This document shows positions 25,703-38,550 of a stretch of DNA of 64,000 nt, piece by piece. The DNA lies in the NCBI GenBank assembly GCA_964016885.1, contig OZ024752.1:38378001-38442000 (forward strand), written 5' to 3'. Positions within the stretch are counted from its first letter, which is position 1. Each line of letters opens with the position of its first letter. A program made the translations under genes and the position numbers. A model generated the notes under the pieces. The model was not told the origin of the DNA and did no database searches. It was given only the letters and a program-made list of their open reading frames with translations. Source of the stretch: Eledone cirrhosa (taxonomy: Eukaryota).

Positions 25703-26035
25703 GAGTTCAATTCTCAGACCGGCTGATGTGTTTCCTTGAGCAAGACACTTTATTTCACATTGCTCCAGTTTAGTCAGCTGTAGAAATGAGATTATAGGGA
25801 CTGGGGTCCCTATCATTCCACTGCAAAGTGGTCGTGGAGGAGCCACGGCAAAAAAGCACCCAGACCACACTGTAAAGTGGACGCGTAGGCGCCACGGAAA
25901 AAAGGCACCCAGCACTCACTGTAAATGAGGTTGGTGTTAGGAAGGGCATCCAGCTGTAGAAATCAAGCCAGAATCAGTTCCCGTCCCAACCTTGCAAGCA
26001 GGGAAAAGTGGATGTAAAATGATATTGATTGATTT

Positions 26036-26086
<51 letters not shown>

Positions 26087-26160
26087 CAACATGGATGGAC
26101 TTGTTATTTTTCTCTAAAAACATTTTTTTCCGATTCCGCCTTGCCTATCGCTTTATTCTT

Positions 26161-26196
26161 TATTCTGATGAAGGACTAGTGTCTGAAATGTTAAGA
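26161..26196 (+). ncRNA. Degenerate hammerhead motif, family H1
   Basis: TATT-CTGATGA-AGGACTAGTGTCT-GAAATGTTAAGA, homologous to 7560 and 56633. Confidence 0.55.
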
Positions 26197-27822
26197 CTCT
26201 CTTCCTGTTATTGAATCAATAATAATGATAATAATTGTTTCTACTTTAGGCACAAGGCCAGCAATTACCCAGTGCATTACTGGTACTTTATTTTATCGAC
26301 CCCGTAAGGATGAAAGGCAAAGTCAATCTTGGCAGGATTTGAACTCAGAATGGCAAGGGCCGTAACTCTATAATAATGATAATAATAATAAATAATAATG
26401 AATCAAAACATCAAATATGTTTAGAATTTTGTGTTTCTCAATAAGTAAGCCCAATAGACTTTATCTAAAGCCATAATAACCAAATAAATATATGTATATA
26501 TATATAGAGAGAGAGAGAGAAAACCATATATCACACAAGAAACACAGTATATTCAATAGAAGAACATGTATTTGGTATATATACAACACACCGTGTTTCT
26601 TGTGCAATATATGGCTCTTTCTCTCTTTGTATATACATATATCTCTTTATTTGGTTCATCATCATTTTATGTCCGCTTTTTCCCTGCTTGCAAGGGTGGG
26701 ACGGGAACTGATTCTGGCATGATTTCTACAGCTGGATGCCCTTCCTAACACCAACCTCATTTACAGTGAGTGCTGGGTGCTTTTTTGCCGTGGCACCTCC
26801 ACGACCACTTTGCAGTGGAATGATAGGGACCCCAGTCCCTATCATCTCATTTCTACAGCTGAGTAAACTGGAGCAATGTGAAATAAAGTGTCTTGCTCAA
26901 GGAAACAACACATCACCCGGTCTGAGAATTGAACTCACAACCTTTCGATTGCAAGGCCAATGCTCTAACCACTAAGTTATATATATATATATATATATAT
27001 ATATCAATCTCTCTTCATTTACATTGATATTGCTTTTCCAACACGTTATTGATGGTAGAGAGTCGGACGCCATACTTTACGGTCTGAGTTCAAATCCCGC
27101 CGAGGTTAACTTTGCCTTTCATCCTTACGGGGGTCGATAAAATAGAGTACCAGTAATGCACTGGGTATTTGCTAGCCTTGTGCCAAAAGTAGAAACGGTT
27201 ATTGAATTTAATGTCTTCTTCCTTATAGATCTTATTATAATGGCTCTTCAATCATGGTTTGTTTTTCAGTCGTTAATTTGAACAGGGAGAACAACTCCTC
27301 CTGTAAATAGGTATATTGTGGGAACCAACTCATGGGAGGTGCAGTAGAGGAAGACCTGCTTGAACCTTCATCAATCAACTCTCAGACAATACAAACCTCA
27401 GTAGGGATCAGTTGCCAAGAGCAATGGAAAAACCCTGAATTGTGGAGAGTCTTTGTCAGGAATGTTTGACTGTGGTCGCAATGATGATGATGATAACTAA
27501 AATGACATTTATAACATAACAAAAGGTTCTTATATAAAACTGTTGGCAGATTTTTGATTAAAAATATGCAGGGTTTCATTCTGTCACCAGCAATCCACTG
27601 TGTCCAAGGCATGGCCTAATCTACAATGATGTGTTTACAATGATGATCTATCTATGATGGGGAACCAACTCATGGGAGACGCAGTACAGGAAGACATGAT
27701 TGAACCTGGTAAGAAAAGCAACGTGAAATAAAGTGTTTTGCTCAAGGACCATTATACACAAGCTACTACTGTGGGAACCAACTCACAGAAGACACAGTAG
27801 AGGAAGACATGCTTGAACCTTC

Positions 27823-28201
27823 TGTGGGTATGGTGTGGCGTGCGGTGGCTGCAGGTGCCTAGTGGTTCCTAGCAACAGGGTGAACGCCAGTTTGGGGAGT
27901 GTCTAGCAACGGGGTGAACGCAAGTTTGGGCAGTACCTAGCGTAGTACCTAGCAACGGGGTAAACGCCAGTTTCGGATCTCCCGGTGCTAGGCAGTTGGA
28001 AGCAGGCAGGCGAGGAGTAAGGAGCAGTGACGATAGCAGCGCTAGTGAAAAGAGCAAAACGATATGGGACTGTTGATACGAAGATAGAGACGGCCAACCG
28101 AGGAAGACGGATGTACAAGAAATGGTCTTCAAACTACCATGCAGTGGAGATTGAGCGGCGCCTTTGAAAAGCGGTAAGTGAGCTAGCTTTTTCCAACAAC
28201 A
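27823..28201. mobile_element. Solo LTR-like insertion (TG...CA, 5-bp TSD CCTTC)
   Basis: 379-bp GC-rich block interrupting a repeat that is uninterrupted at 27361 (GAACCTTCATCAATCAACTCTC). Confidence 0.7.
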
Positions 28202-28453
28202 CCTTCATCGCTGAACTCTCAGACGATACAAACCTCAGTTGGGGACAGTTGCTAGGAATGTTCGAATGTGTTCGCAATGATGACGATAAACCATAAAACC
28301 TATTGCTTCAATTATATCCATCAGACAGGTATATTCTAAGGTAAATTTACAACACAGGTGACAGAGTGGAGAGACATCAACACAAATTAATGCAAAGAAG
28401 AATTATAAATATATCAATGGCAGTGAAGAATATGGAAAGGATGGTCATAATAC

Positions 28454-28613
28454 CTTCAGCAGATTTGTTATAGTTCTGTTTACCTACAGGAACAATATTA
28501 CAGGTGTATAATTGGTGCAGAATGGCAGGTAATAGAAGCAAAAGGTCATCTTGTGTGATATTATAATCAGTGGAGAAGTTGTACAGGAGGAGGAGACTGC
28601 TGATATTCATGCA
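28454..28613 (-). CDS. SLC39A14: ZIP8/ZIP14-like transporter, exon 2 (CMNISSLL...LLPAILHQLYTC...KSAE)
   Basis: LIV-1 ectodomain PAL-type motif (LPAILHQL..C); tttacag acceptor, gtatta donor; phase 0/1 fits exons 1 and 3. Confidence 0.85.
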
Positions 28614-29112
28614 CTGTAAATAAATAGGTAAAACAGGTGTGCATATTACAGTATATATATATATATAGATAGTTGTTATATAGTAAGGTGCAATATTGGT
28701 TGTGTAAAATGGTCCAATAACTTTATGATAGCAATATTAAGTTCTCCACACTTTTCTATATCTCCAATTCCATTCAAGGGAACAGCTAGATGATGTAAAA
28801 CGGAGTATAAGTATCAAAATGAAAATTCGAAGGCAAGGTAAAATTCCAATCATTTAATCACGGCACATGTTTCAATAAGAGATAGATCGATTGTGAAGCC
28901 ATGATCGATTATCACTGATCTCATCAGGTGAAAATGAATTGTCTTCAAATTCTTGTAATGAGGGAGAAAAAAATAACGATGTTCTCTCACATAATTCATT
29001 CCCTCATATGGAGACACACCAGTCAGTGAGAGACAAGGCGACTGCTATTAGCTTTAGTTGAGGTCATAAAAGTTTTCAGACTTCTATCGCTGCAAAAGAG
29101 GCTGACTCAGAC

Positions 29113-29450
29113 TCAGAAGCTCCCGCGTCTTGCAACGCATGAGGCAATCATAGTGTTCCACCGTGTTCGGTCAGCAGCCAGTTGCACAGCGTCCCGCCAT
29201 TGTCTGTTTGTCGCTCGCAGGTCCCTCTCAACTGTCTGGCGCCAGTTCATTTTGGGTCGCTCTCTCCGTCTGCTTCCCTGTGGGTTCCATTTAAGTACTT
29301 GGTTCGCCAGTCTCTCCGGGGGAAGTCTCAAAGCGTGCCCAAACCAGCCCAGGCGTCGCTTGCAGATGGCAGAAGAGACTAGCTGCTGGTGGGTGCGGTT
29401 CCTGACTTCCTGTAAAAGACGCTGGACATCAAACAAATCCGTAGGGATAC
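29113..29450 (-). mobile_element. RTE-type LINE ORF2 C-terminal fragment
   Basis: RRLGWFGHALRLPPERLANQVLKWNPQGSRRRERPKMNWRQTVERDL motif; TGAGTC repeat after the stop. Confidence 0.85.
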
Positions 29451-29566
29451 AGTCAGTCGCCTTGTCTCTCACTGACTGGTGTGTCTCCATATGAGGGAAT
29501 GAATTATGTGAGAGAACATCGTTATTTTTTTCTCCCTCATTACAAGAATTTGAAGACAATTCATTT

Positions 29567-29640
29567 TCACCTGATGAGATCAGTGATAATCGATCATGGC
29601 TTCACAATCGATCTATCTCTTATTGAAACATGTGTCGTGA
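29567..29640 (+). ncRNA. Hammerhead ribozyme motif (family H6) with long stem II
   Basis: TCAC-CTGATGA-...-GAAAC-ATGT-GTC-GTGA; canonical GUC triplet; the opposite-arm copy (28858-28931, minus) reads GCC. Confidence 0.75.
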
Positions 29641-29889
29641 TTAAATGATTGGAATTTTACCTTGCCTTCGGATTTTCATTTTGATATATATATATAGATA
29701 GATAGATAGTTTTTTTTTTTGTTGAATCACCAAGTCTGATGAGCAAATTGATGCTGGAGTTGGGCATCTAGGTGACCTTGAGCCAACCATCTGTGAAACA
29801 TACGTAACGAGTTGATAATCAATAAAAACATGTAAATGAAAATTGCTACTGAACATATAACAAGAAATACTAAATGTTATTTTTTTTAT

Positions 29890-29924
<35 letters not shown>

Positions 29925-29945
29925 CACGCACACACACACATATAT

Positions 29946-30075
29946 AACAACATTTAATATAGAAATGGCATCTACAGGACTGGAACTGTTTCATTTGTGT
30001 GAAACCATTGATGATTTCATATGAATGAAACAGTTCTAGTCCTGTAGAAGCCATTTCTATATTAAATTTTGTTGT
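29946..30075. repeat. Hairpin (about 48-bp arms) next to TA/CA repeats
   Basis: ACAACATTTAATATAGAAATGGCATCTACAGGACTGGAACTGTTTCATT and its near-perfect reverse complement. Confidence 0.8.
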
Positions 30076-31602
30076 TTTCACTGTAATGTATTGAGTACCT
30101 TATTTACTGTAGTTACCTCCGATATCACTCGGGATCTACACACACATATATTGTTGCCTAAATGTGGGGTTGCAAGCACTGAAGACAGTCCTTAATATGT
30201 AAACCTCCTTTAGGTAGAGGGTCGGACGCCATGCTTTGACGCAAAGAGTTACGGCCCTTTCCATTCCGAGTTCAAATCCCGCCGAGGTTCGCCGAGGTTA
30301 ACTTTGCCTTTCATCCTTACGGGGGTCGAAAAAATAAAGTACCAGTAATACACTGGGTAATTGCTGGCCTTGTGCCAAAAGTAGAAAGAATTATATAAAA
30401 TACATTCCAAACTGGAATATACCTTCCTGGGTACTTGGAGTTTCCCGAAGCAAGCTGATGTTACTTCAATCACTGATGAAACTTGTCATACAATGTGTAA
30501 CACTGAATCTCCCTGAGAATTACATTAAGGATGACAATTGTGGAATACTCAACCACTTCTGTTTAACCTGTAGGCTGTTCCATTGACCAAATAACTGAAA
30601 AAAACTCATCATTAAACTGATAGAATTTTATTTACAATCTATATTTAGGATAGATAGCTAAGTATCTACTTAGTTTAAAAAACTAATTGTAAATGTATTT
30701 TGTGTGTATATGTGTGTATATACATATATATATATATCATCATCATCATCACCGTTTTACGTCCGTTCTTCCACGCTAGCATGGGTTAGACGGGTTGTCC
30801 TGTTGTGGGCAGTGTCTGGTCGGCTGACCATGCCTTGCTCATACAGGAACTGATTTGGCTTGATTTCTACAGCTGGATGCCCTTCCTAACACCAACCTCA
30901 TTTACAGTGTGGGCTGGGTGCTTTTTTGCCGTGGCACCTCCACGACCACCTTGCAGTGGGAGGGTGTGGGGGCATATTGTCTATATGCTTCAGCTTGTAC
31001 CCATGGGAGGTCGGGTACTCTGTATATATATATATATATATATACACAAACACACACAGACACCCGGATGTGGCGCATGCGCAAACTGAGCACACAACAC
31101 ACACACAGAAACAAAATGGCATAGGATAGAGGGAAGGAAAGGCGCAGAAACAAAAAAAGGAGTCCCCAGTCACTGGGGGGGTCGCAGAGTGTGTGACGAA
31201 GGGGCTGTGGCTGTGTATGAACAACTGTCTGGTTGTAGAACCAACCAACCAACCAGAAATTTATAGGTTTGTAAATTTGTAAATTTATAAATTTATAAAA
31301 ATATATAATAAATTGAAGTGAAAGCAACTGGTGCGTGTGTTTCTTATTGGCAACATGACCCTCCCAAAGTATAACAATATCGGTTTCAACACACGATTTC
31401 AGATAAAGAATCTTGCTAAACAAATTCAGAAACGAAATATATATAAATATATATATATATATAAATATATGCAAAAGTTCTATTTAAATTGTTGGGATAC
31501 AACAAGTAAATATTTTTATAACTGATATAAAGCACTCGACAAGTATTTGGAGTAGATATACAATATTAACAAATGGAGACTATATTTATAAAACCATATT
31601 TA

Positions 31603-31663
31603 TTTCATTATACATATTTCAAGGATACCAAGTTAAATTATGGTATGCCTTCATCAGACAAAA
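31603..31663 (-). ncRNA. Minimal hammerhead motif, family H4
   Basis: Minus strand: TTTTGT-CTGATGA-AGGCATACCA...TGGTATCCTT-GAAAT-ATGT-ATA-ATGAAA. Confidence 0.7.
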
Positions 31664-31744
31664 TACAATATATATCAGTTTTATAAATAAGCATTGACGT
31701 ACCCTTTCAAAATGCGACCATTACTTTTGGAGGACATCAGGATA

Positions 31745-31786
<42 letters not shown>

Positions 31787-31791
<5 letters not shown>

Positions 31792-31957
31792 GAAAGTGAA
31801 CAACACAAAATATAACTACTCCATTACGAAAGGTTTCTGGATCGTTCATCAGACAGAGATGTCTGACGAACGATCCAGACATATATTAATATTGTCTGGG
31901 ATCCAGAAACCTTTGGTAATGGAGTAGTTATATTTTGTGTTGTTCACTTTCTAATTA
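31787..31957. repeat. Fold-back element after (TA)n, with an HHR-like core
   Basis: Arms AATTAGAAAGTGAACAACACAAAATATAACTACTCCATTAC and its reverse complement; CTGACGA-...GATCCAGACA/TGTCTGGGATC-GAAAC...GTA. Confidence 0.7.
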
Positions 31958-32023
31958 AATAGCTCTGTTCTATACATAGAGCACTCTTTTTTCCTTTGAT
32001 TTTTCTTCGGAATTACCTAAAAC

Positions 32024-32056
<33 letters not shown>

Positions 32057-32912
32057 CTTCCATAAGCCCTTTCATTTGTTTCATGGGTCTTACTTTTAAA
32101 TTTTGCCAAAATAAAAAAAAAGATTACAACAAAGAGAATGGATGGAAAAATTTAGCTTCACCCCCACCTCCCTGAGAATTGTGTTATGGGTACACTTGTA
32201 CCACACCAATATCACAACACCACCAGCTTCACCAAAATCACCACACCACCACAACCAAAACTCCACCACACCACCACCATTATCATCATCATAAACTCCA
32301 CAGGAAATTTAAACAGAAAGATAATAGAAAGTATGTGATACAAGTATGTGTATAAGTATATAAGAGTGTGTGTAAATGTGTGTGTAGCGAGAGAAAATAG
32401 AAAATTAAAACATTCACATACATACAAGTATAACACACATTTGGTGTGTTTTTTGTTTTTCAAATACTCTTACTTCATAACATCACGTAGAAAAAATAAT
32501 CTTTTACTGGACAACAAACACAAACCATGCAAACTTCAATTATAAAGGCTTACAGAGGCAGCTGAACATACAGAAATTACCTTAAAGGAATCTTTAGTGA
32601 TATCTCTAAGGTGAACTGAAGGAATTTCTTGTATGAACAGAACTTTCAATGTTTAACATTAAATTCCTTAAACTTTAACAGAAATCTCAAAACAAACAAG
32701 TTTAATACGATCCAAGAGGACCACATTAGTTCAACTGTATTTTGTTGACACTTGGGAAAGACAAATGGCGCTATAGGAGGGTTGGATGAAGGTATGAAGG
32801 TGAAATATTGGAGTGACAAAGGTGATAGCAAGAGGTAAAGCATTTGGTGAGATGGAAAGAAAAGGAAGGAGGTCATGTGCCATGTGCAGAAAGGGTTTTG
32901 GAGTGAACTCCA

Positions 32913-33333
32913 TTAACCCTTTAACATTTACATTACTGTATATCTACTATTATATTTTCACAGCAGGGCGGTGGATTGGCAGTATCGGTAGAGGGTCGGA
33001 TGCCATGCTTTCCAGCATAGTTACGTCCCTTTACGATCTGAGTTCAAATTCCGCCGAGGTTGACTTTGCCTTTCATCCTTACGGGGTCGATAAAATAAAG
33101 TACCAGTAATGCACTGGGTAATTGCTGGCCTTGTGCCAAAAGTAGAAACAATTATATTTTCACAGCAAAGACATAATTATCTGACATAATATCGAATCTA
33201 TGAGATTTTGATATTATTTATTTTGAGAACAACACCTTAACATCAGTATAAGCGGCCAGTTATAGCTGGTTTGAACTGAAAGAAGTGAGAGAATTCTGGC
33301 CGGATATGGTTGGTTCAAACACTAAAGGGTTAA
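32913..33333. mobile_element. piggyBac-like MITE interrupted by SINE A (32966-33150)
   Basis: TTAACCCTTTA...TAAAGGGTTAA ends; SINE flanked by TSD ATTATATTTTCACAGCA. Confidence 0.8.
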
Positions 33334-33339
33334 ATGTAG

Positions 33340-34180
33340 AATATGCACTGGTTGAGTACATAAAAAAAGTAGTAGAGTGAAGGGATTATTAAATAATGTG
33401 TCAGCTACATTTAAGTGTAAAGTGTGTATGGAGAGAACTACTGATGGAGAAGATGTTGAGCTGGATCTTGGGAGTGGTTTGAAGATGGAAGGTTGGAAAA
33501 CATTTTGTTACCTTAGAGATATGTTGAATGGAGGGGGTGGATCAGTCTCTGTGACAGTATTTAGAGTGAGATGTCTATGGAAGAAGTTCTGGGAACTGAG
33601 TGGTCTGTTAATTAGGAATGTCGTTGAAATTGAAGGGAGAGGTGTATGCTGCATGTGGGAGAAGTGCCATGATTTATGGGAGTGAGATATGATTGATGAA
33701 CGTGGAACAACAGAGAAAGTTGGAAAGAAGAGAAATGAAAATGATCTGGTGGAGGAGTGCAGTATTGCTGAAAGAGAGGAAAACAAACAATGAATTTCAA
33801 AGGATGATCGGGTTAGAACCAGTGATGGACATTGTAAAGAGAAAAGGAATGAGATGGTTGGGTCATGTGTTGAAGAAGGATGAAAGTTAGAGGAGTGATA
33901 GAAATAGAGCCAGTGATTAATGTTGTATAGAGAAATGTAATGAGATGGTTGGGTCATGTGTTGACGAAGGATTTAAATGAATGTAGAATAAAGTAGAGGA
34001 AGAAAACCAAGAAAGAGATGGCTCAAAATGATGTTCAAGGAAATGAAAGCCAGTGGGTTTGTCAGGAGGGGGGATGCAGAACTTGTCATGGGGCCTGCAA
34101 GGAAAAACCCTGCACTAGCAGGGTAGATGGCCTTAAAATACTGGCAGGGAAAGCTAACGTGATGATAATGATGATGATGA
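33340..34180 (+). mobile_element. Decayed RTE-type LINE fragment
   Basis: FCYLRDML...GGS; LERREMKMIWW; MRWLGHVLKK; (GAT)n tail. Confidence 0.7.
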
Positions 34181-36313
34181 TTGTTTGCAATCACAACAAA
34201 ATAGGACAATAACATATAAACAAAAGTTAAAGATAGCCATCTAATAATATATTCAATGATTAAAGGGGATTATATTACAGTGATAGTGGGTGGTGAATTG
34301 GCAGTATCGGTAGAGGGTTGGACGCCATGCTTTCTAGCATAGTTACGTCCCTTTACGGTCTGAGTTCAAATCCCGTCGAGGTTAACTTTGCCTTTCATCC
34401 TTACGGGGTCGATAAAATAAAGTACCAGTAATGTACTGGGTTATTGCTGGCCTTGTGCCTAAAGTAGAAACAATTATATTACAGTGATAGTGTTATATTA
34501 ATTGTTCAGGTAAATACAAAATAATGATTACTTTAAACCTTTTGATACCAACCCAACTAGAACACTCCTGGTTTAATAAATCAAACTTTTTCTTCATGTA
34601 CTTATCCCTGAGTGGGTCGTGGGGCCAGAGTCCTCAAACACTCCTTCCAGTGGGTCCTGTCAGAAGCAACTGTTTCCAATTGATCTGGCTAGATCCCCAA
34701 CTCAAGACCAGCCGAGCTCATGGGTGTTATCCAAACATCTTGCTCGGGCTCCACTCTGGGTCTCCTGCAATTCTCCAGTGATTCTTTCCTAAGACATTCT
34801 TATCACATGCCCATAATATTGGCGCTGTGATTTCTCAATTCGGAGAAGTAATGGCTCTACCTGGAGTGACTCTCTGATCTCTGAACTATGCACTCTATCG
34901 AGTAATGTTACTCCAAAGACCCTTCAGAGAAATATATTAGTTTAATGCTTAATATAATAATAATAATAATGAAATTATTGTGTACAGTGCTCAGGTGCAC
35001 TACAACTCATCAAAGGTGCATGTATAGTACATAGAATAATGTACAAATGTCAGGAAAATGAACAGTGTATGAGTCATGATATAATAACAACAATAATTGT
35101 TTCTAAGTTAGGCACAAGGCCAGCAATTACCTAGTGTATTACTGGTACTTTATTTTATCGACCCCGTAAGGATGAAAGGCAAAGTTAACCTCGGCGAGAT
35201 TTGAACTCAGAATGGCAAGGGCTGTAACTCTGTGCGTCAAAGCATGGCGTCCGACCCTCTACCGATACTGCCAATCCAACAACAATAATAATAATGAAAT
35301 ATTGTGTACAGTGCCCAGGTGCACCACAACTCATCAAAAAGTGCATGTACAGTACATAGGGCAATGCACAAACATCAGTAAAATGAACAGTGCATGAGTC
35401 ATGATACACACATGTGTGGATGTGTATGGAAGGGGTACATCAGGTGTAGTTTTGGCGTATTTCGGGAAGCATGAGTGTCTTAAAGGATGCAGTGTCTCGG
35501 CAGCTAACAACTGACGCAGGCAGCTTGTTCCATGCTTCAACAACTCTGAGTGTGAAAAAATGTTTACGAAAGTCAAGGAAAAAGGTTTTAACCTTTCTGA
35601 CACTAGTCCTTCATCAGAAGATAGAATGAGGAGAGGAAGAGATAGAAAAACATTTTTTGAGAAAAAATACGAAATGCAAAGTGAATTTGGTTAATCAGAT
35701 GAGATATCTTCATTTTGTTTATTTCGATATCTCGAGATAACTGGGAAAGGGTATGAGGGCAAATGGTTCAATGATAGAATCTCATGACAAAATTATTCTT
35801 CCCATCTATCTGTGACATGCTAATACTAACATTGAAAAGATGCTCAATAGTATGTCACAAGTAAAGTGAATTCATGGCAGCTACACAGGACTTTCACCTG
35901 CTGAGGCCCTTAGCTATAATTAGTTCGTCCTTAGTGTGGCAGACCACCCGAGTATGGTAAAACCTGGCGAGCCAACTTGAACCCGCACCTCGGAGCCGAA
36001 CTTCCGAAGGTACGGACACGCGTCAAGTCGACTCACTTGTCCAGCTCAAACCACGGACTTAAGCTCTCTTCCCACATCAAGGCCCTTAGCTATATGGAAT
36101 TTGAGGCCCTAATATTTGATGATTTAGTGTTAAAGAATAAAAACTAATGACAAAATAAAAATATATCTTTAAAAATGAGGCCCCTCATGAGGATGTGTGA
36201 CCCTAAGCTATATCTTATTGGTAAGCCCAGCACTGCATCTACAGCAACAACATTGCTGGATTGGTATCAATACTTTCAAATAAGAAAACAAAAGTATCTC
36301 ATTTGATTCATTA

Positions 36314-36930
36314 GAATATTATATCCCTCTATATTAATATCTTTTTCAAGGTGGTCTTTTTGTAGCTTTTATGTAGCTTTTATGTAGCTTTTATGTAGTT
36401 CATTATATATAAATTTTCTATAAGTATTATAATCTAGGCTGTATATGTTATTAGTTTTATCTGCGTGTACAATAATTTTATTACTAATTTTGAATCCATT
36501 AATAGAGGTGTTAATTTTGTTTAAGACGGTGTTGCTTCTAATATGGTGCTTATTGTATTTAATGTTCTTAACTAGTTTAACTAGGTCATTTTCAAAGGAG
36601 TTACAAACACCTCAGATTTTTTGTTAAGTAGGTTACGGTTGGAGAAGATAATATTGTGGGTCTCTAGTATACAGAGGTTACAAAATTTATTAGGTGGTTT
36701 ATTTTTAGTTTTTAGATAGTGTATGTAGCTAGATAGTGAGGTGGAGTTGGCTAGGCTGTGCTTTTTGAACGAGTGGATGTGCGAATTATATCTGATTTTG
36801 AAGCTGTTAGAAGTGGAGCCTACATAGGTTTCTGAAGAGTTGCTAGTTGTGACGGTGCATGAGTATATGATATCCTTGGTTAGGCATTTTTTATCCAAAG
36901 GGCAGGTTCTATTAGCTCTACAGTTACAAT
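36314..36930 (-). mobile_element. Inverted 5' fragments of the Penelope-like element (ORF N-terminal piece plus two GIY-YIG pieces)
   Basis: Reverse complements of about 38993-39250, 41063-41157 and 40783-41017. Confidence 0.9.
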
Positions 36931-38550
36931 TAGAGACCCACAATATTATCTTCTCCAACCGTAACCTACTTAACAAAAAATCTGAGGTGTTTGCAACTTG
37001 CCAGCACCGCTTCAGACATTCCTTCCAAAACTTTAAGCCCAATATATAGCAATGTCGGACTTGAACCAAACACCACATCTAGCATCAAACACCAGAGACA
37101 CACCTTATACCACATACACAACACTAACTGATCTAGTATAACACAAACTACGACATCCCTCCGGAAACCTTCGCTGGGAGAATACCCATTTATACCTCTA
37201 CGTTAGGGGTGACAACATCCACCCACTTGAACTGCACTACACCGCTCTATAGGTAATTTAAGCATGAATTGATTAGTTTGGTGGTGTTGTGCGGAGGAAG
37301 TGCCTTCCTTAGACAGATGAAAAACGATTTAATCTAGTAACGCTGTTGAGCAGTAGGACCAGGACGCTGAGTGCAGAGAATGAATGTATTGCAACTGCCG
37401 TGCGGGTTGTACATATATGGATGATTTGATGGTCAGAGTGGGGTCATGAGGACTGCGGATTGACCTCTGGCCGGCCCTGATGATGATTACCTTTCGACAT
37501 CCAATGTAGCAAGCGATGACCCAGAACTTACCAGAGATCATTGTGTTGTGAAGTGATTCTGCAATCACCGCGCCTGGTCCTATGAGTAGGGTACAACCAC
37601 AGGGATCATTAATTTAGAATCCTCGCTCATCGTCTATAATATTCATTTGTGGCATCCTAGGATGGGGGTTAATTCACCATAATAATACGAACACCTTCAG
37701 CACAACTTAATAAACTACTCTATAGTTAAAACACTTTATGCTTTAGGAATTTTTTGGAAGTTGCGCATAACCATAGAAATTAGGGTCTATATTGAGACAT
37801 TTCAATAGCTAGGTATAGAAACCCCAGAGTTACCTCCCCTTAGCCACACACACACTTCCGGGTAGTATTCAATGTCGTTTCGCGAAACGTAACAGCCTCC
37901 TGTATTGAACTAAAGAACATCGGACTACGATTCTCTAACTGGATTGTCAAACGATCAATATAGAATTGCCGTGGATTATGTGAGGGGCATATAATCGAAG
38001 AATACACTCCCCTGACCATGAAAATGTCGAAGTACATGAGGTCCTTGTCACCCCTTCGGTGTGCATCTCCAATACGTTTAATAGTTTTAATGCTTATATC
38101 TTTTCTCCACACACAGACTATAACAATCATATAAAGAATTTCCCACCAGATCAACCAACCTAACACTCTTCTTTACCTACCTAAGTGCTCCTACCACACA
38201 TATCTCTCTGCCACACTATATAAACAAGACGCACGTGCTTGCCACACATATAACATTTGCACTATATAACCGCTTATCTTCATGTTGTATTTTAACCTGT
38301 ATTTTTGATTTTTGATTGTACCTTCTATTATGAATGTAATCTCGAAGTGTGTACTGCCACTCTAAATGCTGTAATGAATGTTGACCCACAATATTTGCAT
38401 ATGTATCGGTATGTCTCTTGGCTGAAAAGGAGGTCATATAACTGTCCATTCATTAATAAATTGCTCCGAAGAATCCAAACCTCGGTTTGGAGGAAACAGC
38501 TGTAAGCACAATAATGTTTTGAACAGTTCTTTGATTCTTATATTTCATAT
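36931..38550 (+). mobile_element. PLE 5'-truncated leading copy (pseudo-LTR): ORF end, long 3' region and HHR
   Basis: Near-identical to the 3' 1.6 kb of each downstream unit. Confidence 0.92.
38461..38508 (+). ncRNA. PLE pseudo-LTR minimal hammerhead ribozyme (CCGAAGA variant), copy 1
   Basis: TGCT-CCGAAGA-ATCCAAACC TC GGTTTGGAG-GAAAC-AGCT-GTA-AGCA; palindromic stem III loop. Confidence 0.8.

Larger units (their letters stand above)
28812..29688. mobile_element. Fold-back element: 230-bp inverted arms (28812-29044 and 29455-29688), each with an HHR motif (family H6), enclosing a LINE 3' fragment
   Basis: Arms are near-perfect reverse complements; right arm ends in TA repeats. Confidence 0.8.

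Noticed and set aside
37477-37500. Second CTGATGA in the pseudo-LTR as another HHR
   Set aside because: No stem II plus GAAA and NUH downstream
37329-38505. Small ORFs (79, 108, 77, 66 aa) recurring in each pseudo-LTR
   Set aside because: Recurrence reflects unit duplication; no recognisable domain; the 108-aa ORF is disrupted in one unit
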